DNA of 38,840 nucleotides from Nitrospirota bacterium (GTDB lineage: Bacteria; Nitrospirota; Thermodesulfovibrionia; Thermodesulfovibrionales; UBA9159): the NCBI GenBank assembly GCA_023475105.1, contig JAMCWJ010000096.1, positions 1 through 38,840 on the forward strand, in the 5' to 3' direction. Under the pieces are notes generated by a model. The model searched no databases and had not been told where the DNA came from. It was given only the letters and a program-made list of their open reading frames with translations. The position numbers were made by a program, and so were the translations under genes. Numbering within the stretch: position 1 is the first letter of the stretch; the number at the start of each line of letters is the position of its first letter. Below, in pieces: positions 28,402 to 38,720 of the stretch.

Positions 28402-29826
28402 CTATTTGGGCAGGATAAAATAGAAATTGTTGCCGTATCTCGTCGCCTCGTAGCCGACTGTCCCATCATGTATTTCGACCGCATTTTTGATGAATGCAAG
28501 TCCGTGGCCGGTACCCGGCCTGCCCTGAACGTTGCTTCCCCGGAATTCCTCCTCGAAGACTTTCTCCCTTTCTTCAGGGGGAATATGGGGCCCCGTGTTG
28601 AAGACATTATATTTGATCCCATCCCTGCCCGGCCCGAAGCAGTCCTTGATCACCTCGCGCCCATAGGAAACGTATTTCTTCTTCTCTCCCGATTCGGTGA
28701 CTATTTCCTGGGTATACTTGAGGGCGTTCGAGAAGAGGTTTGCGTACACTTGGGCCATCAGACCGACATCGACGACACTTACGACTTCCTCATCGGGTAT
28801 TCCGCTCAGGCGGTCGTCGACGAATATCCCCATCTCCCTGAACTGCTCGGTGAAACGTTCAAGCTGGGGCTGCACTACGTCTTTCTTCATATTGCACGGC
28901 TTTTTGCGGAGCGTGAGACGCCCCTTGTCGAAATGGCTTCTCCGGAGGAGGGTCTCGAGAAAGAGGCTCATATTCCGGTAGTGCTTTTCTATGTTTTCGA
29001 GGTCTTCGACTAGTCCGTCGTTCACGTCCGCCAATTCCGCCAGGAGGTTCTCGGGCGAGCGGTCCTTCCCGATCTCGCCGGCAAGATACCGGGCGAGAAG
29101 GTATTCGATCTCCCGGTTTTTCATGATCTTTTTTCTCAGTCGCCTCAGGTACAGCTTGTAGACCATATTGGGCGCAATGATGTTATGCTCTATATCTGCC
29201 ACAAGGGTCCGGATAAATCTGAGGTGCTCGATATTCTTTTCGAAAAGAAGACGGTTGTGAATGTTGAAGCCGATGCGGTTTGCAAATTTTTCGAAAAAGA
29301 GTTCGGTATGCGAGCCGAGGTCCCTCGCGGGATACACCTCCAGCAGGCCGAGTACATCGTCCCTGGTCTTGAAGGGGAGTTGGTCGATCAGGAACCGTTT
29401 CCCGCGTATCGTGAGCACGAGGCTGCTCCTGAGGGTGTAGTAAGGACGCTCCTCGGGTCTCACATCATCGGGAGGCGGGGTATGCAACCCCTCCTCGGGG
29501 TCCTCCGTCTTTGCGACGAGCGAGAGGTCGTTGAGTTTGCGGTCTATTACGTACAGCTTCACATCGACGTCGAAAAAGCCCTTCGGAATCGCGACGCAGA
29601 GCAGATAAAAGTCCCCGATACTGTCGAATTCCTGCGCAAGGTCGAAGAAGGTCTTGAAGGCAGCGTCCTCGGCCTGGGTAAAGTCATACTGGGCGTAATC
29701 GGCCCTCTTGCTTCCGATGCGTTTGAGGATGTGGTCAAGCGAAGCCATATCGCAATCAGTGCCTCCCCACTCAGGCCTTTTCCCCTCCATTATAGCAGAT
29801 CTCTTTTGCCGGAAGGGTGCTCGCAT
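28402..29826 (-). CDS. cytoplasmic sensor histidine kinase-like protein with GAF-like N-terminal domain
   Basis: HATPase_c N-box NLFSNALKY, G-boxes FNTGPHIP and GTGHGLAF. Putative phospho-acceptor His in ADIEHNIIAP. No TM segments. Confidence 0.7.
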   Translation of the reverse strand: MRAPFRQKRSAIMEGKRPEWGGTDCDMASLDHILKRIGSKRADYAQYDFTQAEDAAFKTFFDLAQEFDSIGDFYLLCVAIPKGFFDVDVKLYVIDRKLNDLSLVAKTEDPEEGLHTPPPDDVRPEERPYYTLRSSLVLTIRGKRFLIDQLPFKTRDDVLGLLEVYPARDLGSHTELFFEKFANRIGFNIHNRLLFEKNIEHLRFIRTLVADIEHNIIAPNMVYKLYLRRLRKKIMKNREIEYLLARYLAGEIGKDRSPENLLAELADVNDGLVEDLENIEKHYRNMSLFLETLLRRSHFDKGRLTLRKKPCNMKKDVVQPQLERFTEQFREMGIFVDDRLSGIPDEEVVSVVDVGLMAQVYANLFSNALKYTQEIVTESGEKKKYVSYGREVIKDCFGPGRDGIKYNVFNTGPHIPPEEREKVFEEEFRGSNVQGRPGTGHGLAFIKNAVEIHDGTVGYEATRYGNNFYFILPK

Positions 29827-29881
29827 CTCTTTCCCTGACCGCCTGCTCCCCGCACGAGATGAAACCCGCGGGTTGTCCTGG

Positions 29882-30727
29882 TTAGAGGAGTTCTCCGACG
29901 GTCAGTATCAGGGCCTCCGCGACCTGCGCCATAAAGTCCGGAGAAAGCGTTTCTGAAGTATCGTAGGGTGTGTGATAATGGGGGTTGCGGAACATCGCGG
30001 TATCCGTGATCATGACCGCGGGGAAGCCCGCGTCCCAGAACGGCGCGTGATCGCTGAATCTCGTTTCGAGCAGCAGGAAACCCCGCAGTCGGGCCCTGTG
30101 CGTTACGACTTTCAGTTCGGGCACGTGAATGCGGGCTGTTTCGGTGAAGGTATTCATGATGTCCCCGGCCTTTGCGTTTCCGACAACACCGATGAAGTCG
30201 CCCGTGCGGGAGGCCTTCAAAAAGGGGGGCAATTGTTGACTTTCCGGCTGATGACTGACGTATCCGACGGACTCGAGGACAAAGACGGCGCGGTACCTCT
30301 CTCCCATGCTCCTCGACTTTTTCACGAAATGTCTGGAGCCCACAAGGAAACTGAGCGCATCCGCTTGGGGCTCTTCAAGGGTGAACGCGATGCATTTCAG
30401 ACCCTTCCGGGGGCCGAGCGCTTTCGCAGCCTCGAGCATGACCGAGACTCCCGATGCATTGTCGTCGGCGCCGGGACTGTCGATCACTGCATCATAATGG
30501 GCTCCCAGGAGGATCACGTCCTCCCCGTGCCCGCTTCCCGGAAGGGTTGCCAGGATATTCCAGTGCAGTTTCCCGTTGAACCAAAACTCGTCCCGTTCGA
30601 CGGCAAACCCGTACGAGGCGAATTCGCCCTCGATGTATTCAGCCCTTTGTACGAGTTCTTCATAGTGGAAGGCGCCGTCGCGAAGGCCTTCGAGTTTCTT
30701 CACCCTGTCGAGAATGCGCTCTTTCAT
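29882..30727 (-). CDS. M28-family Zn-dependent aminopeptidase
   Basis: LLGAHYDAV and GADDNASGVSVMLEAA metal-binding blocks characteristic of M28 peptidases. Confidence 0.8.
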   Translation of the reverse strand: MKERILDRVKKLEGLRDGAFHYEELVQRAEYIEGEFASYGFAVERDEFWFNGKLHWNILATLPGSGHGEDVILLGAHYDAVIDSPGADDNASGVSVMLEAAKALGPRKGLKCIAFTLEEPQADALSFLVGSRHFVKKSRSMGERYRAVFVLESVGYVSHQPESQQLPPFLKASRTGDFIGVVGNAKAGDIMNTFTETARIHVPELKVVTHRARLRGFLLLETRFSDHAPFWDAGFPAVMITDTAMFRNPHYHTPYDTSETLSPDFMAQVAEALILTVGELL

Positions 30728-31281
30728 CCCCCGGCCCCCTCTCTTTCCATTTCAGGAAGCCCGCGCCCTTTAGGGTCCCTGAATCCTTCCGCCTTCACGA
30801 TGAGCCACTTTGTACGCTCCTTTTCGAGGATTAATCTGAGAGACAGGGGGCTTCTGACATCGCCTATTATATAGCCCGTCTCATTCCCCTGCGTTGCGAT
30901 AACCCTTACCTTCACTTCGGCTTCCGCCCGCAGCGGGGAAGCGGCAGGCCCCTGATCTCCCTTCCCGGATGCATCTTTGAGTATCCGCACCTTCAACTCT
31001 CCGGGCTCGATCTGGATGTCCGTGAGGCTTCCGAACTCCCTCTTCAGCATTTCTCTGAGAGAAAGGTATGTGAGGCCGTAGTCGTCACGGTAGTTATACG
31101 ATATCCGGGACATAACGCCGTCGATGTCCCTGGATTCCGCTGCCTTCGCTCCTTCCTTAAAGAGTTTCCGGATCCTTGCCTCGTCGGAAGGCCAGAGCAG
31201 GAGCAGCCCTGCCGCAAAAACGAGGACCAAAAAAAGAAAGGATTTTTTCAACGTCTTCCCATCCAAGTCACATAGTATCAC
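30724..31281 (-). CDS. membrane-anchored hypothetical protein
   Basis: N-terminal signal-anchor (KKSFLFLVLVFAAGLLLLW). ATGA overlap with the downstream M28 peptidase gene. Confidence 0.5.
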   Translation of the reverse strand: MILCDLDGKTLKKSFLFLVLVFAAGLLLLWPSDEARIRKLFKEGAKAAESRDIDGVMSRISYNYRDDYGLTYLSLREMLKREFGSLTDIQIEPGELKVRILKDASGKGDQGPAASPLRAEAEVKVRVIATQGNETGYIIGDVRSPLSLRLILEKERTKWLIVKAEGFRDPKGRGLPEMEREGAGG

Positions 31282-31340
31282 AGGTGAAGCCCTTTTGTTG
31301 CGGGAAAGGAGTGCTTGGGGTACAATACCCGTTATACGAT

Positions 31341-32129
31341 ATGTACATAGAGGTATTGCGAAAAATCAGGCGGAGGCTCCTGGAACAGGCATCGAATGCG
31401 GGCTTTGCGCCACATGCGCAGAAGGCCCTCGGCATCGGGGCTGGAGGGGACAAGACCTTTCCCGTAGATAAGATCGCGGAGGACCTCATCATCTCCGAAC
31501 TCGAATCCTCCGGTCTCGCCCTGTCGGTTGTGTCCGAGGAGTACGGGCGAAAAGAGATCAACGGCGGAGGTCATACGGTGCTTATCGACCCTGTCGACGG
31601 GAGCAAGAATGCCATCTCGGGTCTCCCCTTCTATTGCACATCGATTGCGATTGCCGAGGGCGCGACCATCGGCAGCGTCGTCTTCGCCTATGTGATCAAC
31701 CTGGTTAACGGCGACGAATTTCGCGCGGGGAAGGGGAAGGGGGCTTTTTTGAACGATGAGAAGATATCGGCGCAGGGAGATGACGAGTTCTCCCTTGTCG
31801 CTTACGAGGCGCAGGCGCCCGGCCGAGACCTGGCAAAGATCATTCCCCTCCTTGGGAAGGCCCATAAAACCCGCTGCTTCGGAGCGACGGCCCTCGACCT
31901 CGCCTATGTCGGATACGGCGCGATAAGCGTCTTCGTGAGCCCTTCTCCTTCGAGAAGTTTTGATTTTGCGGCGGGATGGCTTCTTGTGAAGGAGGCGGGC
32001 GGCGTGTTTACGGACACGAAGGGCGGCTCTGTGGAAGACCTGGGGATGGGGCTCGAACGAATCGCTCCCCTTCTGGCCTCGGGCAACCGGAGACTCCATG
32101 AGAAGGCCCTGCGGCTGCTTCAGACATGA
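31341..32129 (+). CDS. inositol monophosphatase / FBPase-IMPase family protein
   Basis: Li-sensitive phosphatase motifs IDPVDGS and FDFAAGW. The ORF-track start at 31176 overlaps the convergent gene, so the ATG at 31341 is preferred. Confidence 0.8.
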   Translation: MYIEVLRKIRRRLLEQASNAGFAPHAQKALGIGAGGDKTFPVDKIAEDLIISELESSGLALSVVSEEYGRKEINGGGHTVLIDPVDGSKNAISGLPFYCTSIAIAEGATIGSVVFAYVINLVNGDEFRAGKGKGAFLNDEKISAQGDDEFSLVAYEAQAPGRDLAKIIPLLGKAHKTRCFGATALDLAYVGYGAISVFVSPSPSRSFDFAAGWLLVKEAGGVFTDTKGGSVEDLGMGLERIAPLLASGNRRLHEKALRLLQT

Positions 32130-32133
32130 CCTG

Positions 32134-33129
32134 ATGGAAAAGGCGGAACTCATCGCAAATTGCCGACGAACCCCGGATGGCCTGTCCCACCCTTCCATAA
32201 GGAGGGGCAAAAGGGGACTTTTCGATTTCCCGATTGCGGGCGCGGTTCCCCGCCGGGTGCGTCGCGTGAAAGGGACGATTTCTTCCGGGGTATTTCTCCT
32301 CTCCCTTGTCCTGCTCCAGTCCCATGCCTTTTGCGGCGAAATGATCGAGAAGACGATCGAGTACAGGACTGTTCCCGGTGACTACGGGGCGATTATCTCG
32401 GGGAAACTAGGTATGAGCTGGGACCAGATTGCACGGGACAACGGCATCGATCCCGCTGCCGTTATTGAAAGGGGACGGATACTGCGGGTGCGGTTCAGGC
32501 GGATAGTCCCCGAAATGATCGAAAACGGCCTCGTGATCAACATTCCCGACAGGACACTCTATCGCTTCGAAGCGGGAAGGCTGAAGGACGATTACTTCAT
32601 TTCAGCGGGAAGGCCTACATGGCAGACTCCTCTCGGAGACTTCGTGATCACCGCCAAGGCAAAGGACCCTACATGGTTCGTACCCCCCTCAATCCAAAAG
32701 GAGATGGAGGCGGAGGGCAAGGAGGTCGTGGTCGAGGTACCTCCGGGCTCCGACAACCCCCTCGGGAAGTACTGGCTCCAGCTCTCGATCAAAGGGGTCG
32801 GGCTCCATGGTACGAATGCTCCCCAGAGCATCTATAAGTTCAGGAGTCACGGCTGCATGAGGCTCAGACCCGAGATCGCCGAGTTCCTGTACCGGCATCT
32901 GCCCGTCGGAACGCCCGGCAGGATTATCTACAAGCCGGTCAAGATGGCGAAGAAAGACGGCAGGGTATTCCTTGAAGTTTACCGGGATTTCTATAAAATG
33001 GGTATCGACTATGAAGCGGAAGCGGGAAGGCTGGCAAAGGAGCTCAATGCAACGAATGCCATCGATTGGAGCAAGGTCAGGGAAGCGCTTGCGAAAAAGG
33101 ACGGGATAGCAAGGGATGTCAGCAGATAA
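32134..33129 (+). CDS. L,D-transpeptidase (YkuD fold) with LysM-like domain
   Basis: Catalytic motif HGTNAPQSIYKFRSHGCMRL. LysM-like block YRTVPGDYGAIISGKLGMSWDQIARDNGI. Signal peptide begins around VKGTISSGVFLLSLVLL. The start is uncertain and could be the in-frame GTG at 32257. Confidence 0.7.
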   Translation: MEKAELIANCRRTPDGLSHPSIRRGKRGLFDFPIAGAVPRRVRRVKGTISSGVFLLSLVLLQSHAFCGEMIEKTIEYRTVPGDYGAIISGKLGMSWDQIARDNGIDPAAVIERGRILRVRFRRIVPEMIENGLVINIPDRTLYRFEAGRLKDDYFISAGRPTWQTPLGDFVITAKAKDPTWFVPPSIQKEMEAEGKEVVVEVPPGSDNPLGKYWLQLSIKGVGLHGTNAPQSIYKFRSHGCMRLRPEIAEFLYRHLPVGTPGRIIYKPVKMAKKDGRVFLEVYRDFYKMGIDYEAEAGRLAKELNATNAIDWSKVREALAKKDGIARDVSR

Positions 33130-33802
33130 AGGCCTCTGTGAGGCGCTGTGGGGGCCCGGGATAAAGTATGTCCTCCTCGATATGGACGGCACGCTGCTCG
33201 ACAAGTATTTCGACGATTATTTCTGGGAGCACCTGGTGCCCGAAAAGTACGCAGAAAAGCACGGCATCACCTTTGGAAGGGCAAAGGAAGAGCTGATGGA
33301 GAAATACAAGCGCCACGAGGGTACGCTGAACTGGACGGACATCGACTTCTGGTCGCGGGAACTCAGGCTCGATATCCCTGCACTCAAAGAGCAGATACGC
33401 CACCTCATCGAGGTCCATCCCCATGTGGAGGATTTCTTGAGGCTCCTGAAGAAACACAGAAAAAAAATCTTCATCGTGACGAATGCCCATATCAAGGTGC
33501 TCGACCTGAAAATGAGGAAGACGAACATAGGGAGGTACTTCGACGCCTGTATCACCTCCTTTGAGATGGGTTATCCGAAGGAGGATATCCGGTTCTGGGA
33601 GAAGGCCCGGGACAGGATCGGATTCGACAAGGAAAAGACCCTTTTCATCGATGACACCGAAGAGGTACTGAAGACGGCGCGGGGCTTCGGGATCCGGTAT
33701 ATTGTCTTCAAGGCGCATGCCACCCCGAAGAAGCGACCGGAACGGTCGGGGGATTTCCCGACGGTACACGACTTCAACGAACTCTGCCATGAAGGCCTCT
33801 GA
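33116..33802 (+). CDS. HAD-superfamily hydrolase
   Basis: Motif I LLDMDGTLLD, motif III K, motif IV FIDDTEE. Confidence 0.8.
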   Translation: MSADKGLCEALWGPGIKYVLLDMDGTLLDKYFDDYFWEHLVPEKYAEKHGITFGRAKEELMEKYKRHEGTLNWTDIDFWSRELRLDIPALKEQIRHLIEVHPHVEDFLRLLKKHRKKIFIVTNAHIKVLDLKMRKTNIGRYFDACITSFEMGYPKEDIRFWEKARDRIGFDKEKTLFIDDTEEVLKTARGFGIRYIVFKAHATPKKRPERSGDFPTVHDFNELCHEGL

Positions 33803-35408
33803 GCTGATCAAACAGTGCCTTGAGCGGGAAGGGGTCCGCTATATCTTCGGCCTCCCCGGAGAAGAGAACATCGAACTGCTCGAACCGCTCCTTTCCTCGG
33901 AGATCACTTTTGTCCTCACCCGGGACGAACGCGGGGCGTCGTTCATGGCGAATGTCTGGGGAAGGCTTTCGGGGAGCCCCGGCGTCTGCCTGTCGACCCT
34001 CGGTCCCGGGGCGACGAACCTTACCTCGGGAATCGCGAATGCCTATCTCGATTTCGCACCGATGGTCGCACTCACCGCGCAAAAGGCCACACGGTACCTT
34101 CACAAGGAATCCCACCAGTATATCAACACCGTCTCTCTCTTCAGGCCGATAACCAAATGGAATACGCGGCTCGAGGTGCCTGACAGGATCCCGGAAATCG
34201 TGCGAAAGGCCTTCAAGCTCTCCGCAATCGAAAAGCCGGGTCCCGTTCACGTCGAGATTCCCGAGAACATCGCGTCCCTCAGCATCGACGAGGCGCCGAT
34301 GGAGCCCTCGCCGGTCACGTATCCTGCGCCCTCGGCGGAGGCGATATCGCGTGCGGTCAAGGCGATCGGCAAGGCGCGGCAGCCCCTCATCCTGGCGGGC
34401 AACGGGGTGATACGGGGGAAGGCGACGGCCGAGCTCTCCCGGTTCGCCGAAAAATTCAGGATACCCGTCACCACGACTTTCATGGGAATGGGCGCCATCC
34501 CCGCGGATAACGAGCTGTTCATCTCTACCACGGGACTGCAGTCCCGGGACTATGTCTTGTGCGGCTTCGACAAAGCGGACCTCGTGATCACCGTGGGCTA
34601 TGACCCTGTCGAATTCCATCCCGAATACTGGCAGGGCGGCAAGGAGATCATCCATATCCACGTCACTTCAGCCGACGTCGACAAGAATTATGAGGCGATC
34701 GAGGTGATCGGCAACATCGGTGACACCCTGTCGATCCTCACGCATTCCCTCTCGGCCGAGACCGACCCTTCCTATTTCATCAGGTTGAAGGGGTTTGCGG
34801 AGGAGGTCGTCCAATGTCCCCAGGAGGGATTTCCCGTCAAGCCGCTGAGGATCGTGAAAGAGCTCCGGAGGGCCCTCGGCAGGGAAGATATCCTGATCAG
34901 CGATGTGGGCGCGCACAAGATCTGGATCGCCCGCTTCTATCCCGCCTATGCAGGGAACACGGCCATCATTTCGAACGGTCTCGCGTCTATGGGGTTCGCC
35001 CTCCCCGCAGCGGTGGCGGCAAAATTGTTGTTCCCCGGCAAGAAGATCATTGCCGCAGTCGGCGACGGCGGCTTCCTGATGTCCGTTGCGGAGCTCGAGA
35101 CCGCGGTGAGACTCGGAGTCGCCTTCGTCTGTCTTATCTTCAATGACAACGGTCTCGGCCTGATCGAATGGAAAGAAAGGCTGAGATACGGGAAGGATTT
35201 TTTCGTAAAATTCGGGAACCCGGACTTTGTCACACTCGCCGAATCCTTCGGGGCAAAGGGCTACCGGGTCTCCTCGGAGGGTGAACTGGCTCCGGTGCTG
35301 AAGGAGGCTTTCTCCCAAGACGTACCCGCGATTATCGACTGTCCCGTCGATTATTCTGAAAACATCCGCCTTTCGGAGAGGCTCGGGAAGCTCATCTGTC
35401 CCGCGTAA
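33789..35408 (+). CDS. thiamine-pyrophosphate-dependent enzyme, acetolactate synthase large-subunit family
   Basis: N-terminal YIFGLPGEENIELLEPL. TSGPGATNL-like block LGPGATNLTSGIANAYLD. TPP-binding GDGGF...NDNGLG motif. Start taken as the ATG at 33789 (MKASELIKQ). No adjacent ilvN. Confidence 0.85.
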   Translation: MKASELIKQCLEREGVRYIFGLPGEENIELLEPLLSSEITFVLTRDERGASFMANVWGRLSGSPGVCLSTLGPGATNLTSGIANAYLDFAPMVALTAQKATRYLHKESHQYINTVSLFRPITKWNTRLEVPDRIPEIVRKAFKLSAIEKPGPVHVEIPENIASLSIDEAPMEPSPVTYPAPSAEAISRAVKAIGKARQPLILAGNGVIRGKATAELSRFAEKFRIPVTTTFMGMGAIPADNELFISTTGLQSRDYVLCGFDKADLVITVGYDPVEFHPEYWQGGKEIIHIHVTSADVDKNYEAIEVIGNIGDTLSILTHSLSAETDPSYFIRLKGFAEEVVQCPQEGFPVKPLRIVKELRRALGREDILISDVGAHKIWIARFYPAYAGNTAIISNGLASMGFALPAAVAAKLLFPGKKIIAAVGDGGFLMSVAELETAVRLGVAFVCLIFNDNGLGLIEWKERLRYGKDFFVKFGNPDFVTLAESFGAKGYRVSSEGELAPVLKEAFSQDVPAIIDCPVDYSENIRLSERLGKLICPA

Positions 35409-35610
35409 ATAGTCCTTCGGGAACCGGCGCGGCCGCTTTGGCCCGTTCCGTGCAGGGTGTCTCAGGCCGGGCTTCGGGTATCGATATGTCGGAGACCATG
35501 AAGAAAGAGCATCACTCGCCAACTGTTACTTCGGTTACGGTCATGTTAAATTTGCGGTACGGCGCTTTTCTCTGTTGCATCCCGGCAGAGCGAAATGGTA
35601 TACGTATTCC

Positions 35611-36309
35611 ATGGACACAAAGAAGATTCTGGTAGTCGACGACGAACCGGACATTGTCGAACTCGCTTCCTATAACCTCAGGAAGGAAGGGTTTGATGTC
35701 TCCTCCGCATCGGACGGGGAGGAGGCGCTCAGGAAGATACGGGCAGGCAGTTACGATCTGGTCATCCTTGACATTATGCTCCCGGGGATACAGGGCACGG
35801 AAATCTGCCGTATTCTGAGAAGCGATCCGAAGACGCAGAAATTGCCTGTCATCATGCTCACGGCAAAGGGAGAGGAGATCGACAAAATAGTCGGCCTCGA
35901 AATCGGCGCCGACGATTATATGACGAAGCCGTTCAGCCCGAGAGAACTTGCCGCGCGCATCAGGGCGGTGCTGAGAAGAGGCGCCGAAGAACCTCGCAAA
36001 GAACCTATCATCCGCGTCAAGGACCTCGTCATCAACCTCGATACCTATACCGTCTCGAAAGAAGGGGCCCCGCTTGACCTCAGCGCAACCGAGTTCAGGC
36101 TCCTTCTGTATCTTGTCGAAAGGAGGGGAAAGGTCTTCAGCCGCGAGCAGCTCCTTGATGCCGTATGGAAAGACGAAGGGTTCGTCGAGCCGAGGACGGT
36201 GGATGTGCATATCAGGAGGCTGCGGGCCCGGATCGAAGAGGATGCGGCAAATCCCGTGTATATAAAGACAAAGAGAGGGATCGGCTATTACGTGGATGCG
36301 GGTATATGA
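35611..36309 (+). CDS. OmpR/PhoB-family response regulator
   Basis: Receiver motifs VVDDEPD, LVILDIMLPG and LTAKGE. Winged-helix C-terminus (RTVDVHIRRLRARIE, YIKTKRGIGY). Start taken as the ATG at 35611. Confidence 0.9.
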   Translation: MDTKKILVVDDEPDIVELASYNLRKEGFDVSSASDGEEALRKIRAGSYDLVILDIMLPGIQGTEICRILRSDPKTQKLPVIMLTAKGEEIDKIVGLEIGADDYMTKPFSPRELAARIRAVLRRGAEEPRKEPIIRVKDLVINLDTYTVSKEGAPLDLSATEFRLLLYLVERRGKVFSREQLLDAVWKDEGFVEPRTVDVHIRRLRARIEEDAANPVYIKTKRGIGYYVDAGI

Positions 36310-38057
36310 AGAGGAGCATATTCAGAAGGATCTTCTGGCTTTACGCCCTCGTGATGCTCCTGGCCGGCGCCGTCATAGAACTCTCTATCGCCACGTCGGT
36401 CAGGCAGGGGTATATCGATACCCTCACAAGGGACCTTTCCGCGCAGATAAGGCTTATCTCGAACGCCGTCTCTTTCACCCAGTCCGGTCTGGACGGCCTT
36501 TGCAGGATGCTGAAGGACGAGACAGGGGAAAGAGTAACGATAATCGCGCCTGACGGCAGGGTCCTCGGAGACTCGGATACGGCTTCGTCTCTCATGGAAA
36601 ACCATGCCCAAAGGCCCGAAATACAGCAGGCCCTTCTTTTCGGGACAGGCATGTCCACACGGTACAGCAATACCCTGAAATACGATTTTCTCTATGTGGC
36701 CCTGAAGATCGCGAAGAGCGGCGAGACGGCGGGATTTATCAGACTCGCGGTGCCGCTCAAGGAAGTGGACGCCGCGGTCGATCACCTGAGGATAAAACTC
36801 ATCTTTGTCGTCGGTATGGTCCTGCTGGCTACCTGGGTCTTTTCCGTTTTGCAGACTGATCATTTGCGCAGGCTGCTGAGACAGGTGACGGATTTTTCGA
36901 GGTCCCTGGCCCGCGGCAAGATCGACAGGAAACTCTATCTGCAGGGCAGCTCGGAATTCAACGAAATAGCGGACAACCTCAATACGATGTCGTTGGAGCT
37001 GCGGGAGTCGATCGCGGAAAGCGAGGAGGAAAAGAGACGTCTGAACGAGATCCTCAAGAGCATCCCCGATGCCCTCCTGATCATAGATTCCAAAGGCATA
37101 ATCCGGCTCTCGAGCTCAGCCTCAAAGGAATTCTTCGGCGATGTTCCTCTCACCGGAAGGCATTTTATCGAGGTCGTGAGGAACAATGACTTTTCCGACC
37201 TCGTAGACACGGTGAGAAAAAACTTTTCATCGGGAATAACCGAATTCAGGCTTGACTACCCCGATGAGCGGTACCTGGTCGTACGGGTCTCCCCTCTGTT
37301 GCACGGGGAGCGGAAGCTCTCGGGCTTTGTCGCAGTCTTCCACGACATCACGCAGCTCAGGAAGCTCGAACAGGTGAGAAAGGACTTCATCGCGAATGTC
37401 TCACACGAAATCAAGACCCCGATCACTGCGATCAGAGGATTTGCGGATACCCTTCTCGAAGGCGCGCTTGAGGACAGAGAGAACGCGACAAGGTTCCTTC
37501 AGACCATCAAGGCGAACAGCGAACGGATAAACAGCCTTGTGGACGATCTCATGATTATTTCGAAAATAGAGCTGGGGGTGATCAGGGTCGAGCAAGCAAA
37601 GGTCGATGTCGAAGAGGTCGCCGGCAACGTCGTCTCCCTGCTGACGGACAAGGCCGCGGAAAAGGATCTCTTTTTGAGGGTCTCCGTCGATCCGGATTGC
37701 AGGGAGATCTTCGCAGATAAAGACAGGCTGACACAGATCCTGACGAACCTCGTGGACAATGCGATAAAGTTTACCGAAAAAGGCAGCGTGACCTTCGGCA
37801 TTGCGCGCGAGGGAGGGAAGACCTTTCTTTTTGTCGAAGACACCGGCATCGGTGTCCCCGCGAAATACGTGCCGAGACTGGGAGAGCGGTTCTTCAGGGT
37901 CGATCCGGCCCGTTCACGGAAAATGGGCGGCACCGGACTGGGCCTTGCGATCGTGAAACACCTGGTGAAAGCCCACGGATGGGAGATGCAGATAGAAAGC
38001 GCCTTCGGGAAGGGGACGAAGGTGAAGATCTATACGACGCCGCCGGAAGCAAGATAA
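36306..38057 (+). CDS. PhoR-like sensor histidine kinase (TM, PAS, HisKA, HATPase)
   Basis: Two TM helices flank a ~150-aa extracytoplasmic domain. PAS region. H-box ANVSHEIKTPITAIRGFADTL. N-box LVDNAIKFT. G-boxes DTGIGV and GGTGLGLAIVK. ATGA overlap with the regulator gene. Confidence 0.85.
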   Translation: MKRSIFRRIFWLYALVMLLAGAVIELSIATSVRQGYIDTLTRDLSAQIRLISNAVSFTQSGLDGLCRMLKDETGERVTIIAPDGRVLGDSDTASSLMENHAQRPEIQQALLFGTGMSTRYSNTLKYDFLYVALKIAKSGETAGFIRLAVPLKEVDAAVDHLRIKLIFVVGMVLLATWVFSVLQTDHLRRLLRQVTDFSRSLARGKIDRKLYLQGSSEFNEIADNLNTMSLELRESIAESEEEKRRLNEILKSIPDALLIIDSKGIIRLSSSASKEFFGDVPLTGRHFIEVVRNNDFSDLVDTVRKNFSSGITEFRLDYPDERYLVVRVSPLLHGERKLSGFVAVFHDITQLRKLEQVRKDFIANVSHEIKTPITAIRGFADTLLEGALEDRENATRFLQTIKANSERINSLVDDLMIISKIELGVIRVEQAKVDVEEVAGNVVSLLTDKAAEKDLFLRVSVDPDCREIFADKDRLTQILTNLVDNAIKFTEKGSVTFGIAREGGKTFLFVEDTGIGVPAKYVPRLGERFFRVDPARSRKMGGTGLGLAIVKHLVKAHGWEMQIESAFGKGTKVKIYTTPPEAR

Positions 38058-38061
38058 ATCG

Positions 38062-38715
38062 ATGAAATCATTTCCCGAGGATTTTCTCTGGGGGGTTGCC
38101 ACATCTGCCTTTCAGCTTGAAGGGTCTCCGTATGCCGATTGGACATCCTGGGACTCGATCCTGAGCGAAAAACCCGAAGTGACCAATTACTATAACCTCT
38201 ACAAGGAGGACCTGGCACTTCTCAACGAACTGTGGGTGAACGCGTACCGGTTCTCCCTGGAGTGGAGCAGGATACAACCGAGGGAAAACGTCTGGGACGA
38301 GAGAGCGCTATCCCACTACCAGGAGATCATCAATATACTCGTCAATAATAATATCGAACCCATGGTCACCCTCCACCATTTCACGCATCCGCTATGGTTC
38401 ATAAAAAAGTATCCATGGCACGAAGACGCATCGGTCGAATACTTTTCTCGATATGTCGAAAAAGTGCTTACAGAGCTGAAAGGCGTGCGATATTGGATCA
38501 CGTTCAATGAACCCTGCGTCCTGTTGCTCGGCGGCTATCTTGAAGGGTGCATGCCGCCGGGGAAGAGGGATGCTTCTCTTGCGGTAGAAGCAGTGAGGAA
38601 TATCCTTGCCTGTCATGGAAGAGCGTATGAGATGATTCATGGCAAGGCGTCTGATGCCATGGTCAGTGTGGCTGTTGTTTTTCAAATTAACGCAGCCCAA
38701 ACTTTCAATGTGTAA
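38062..38715 (+). pseudogene. glycoside hydrolase family 1 (beta-glucosidase-like) gene, 3'-truncated (only the N-terminal ~215 aa present)
   Basis: GH1 blocks FLWGVATSAFQLEG, YRFSLEWSRI, TLHHFTHPLW and WITFNEP. Full-length GH1 enzymes are ~450 aa. Homology ends near 38685 and a stop follows at 38713-38715. Confidence 0.55.
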
Positions 38716-38720
38716 ATGGG

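Noticed and set aside
33119-35522. Long minus-strand ORFs antisense to the HAD hydrolase and TPP-enzyme genes (230, 295 and 284 aa)
   Set aside because: The sense-strand genes carry unambiguous HAD and TPP motifs. The antisense frames are Arg/Asp/Gly-rich without motifs.
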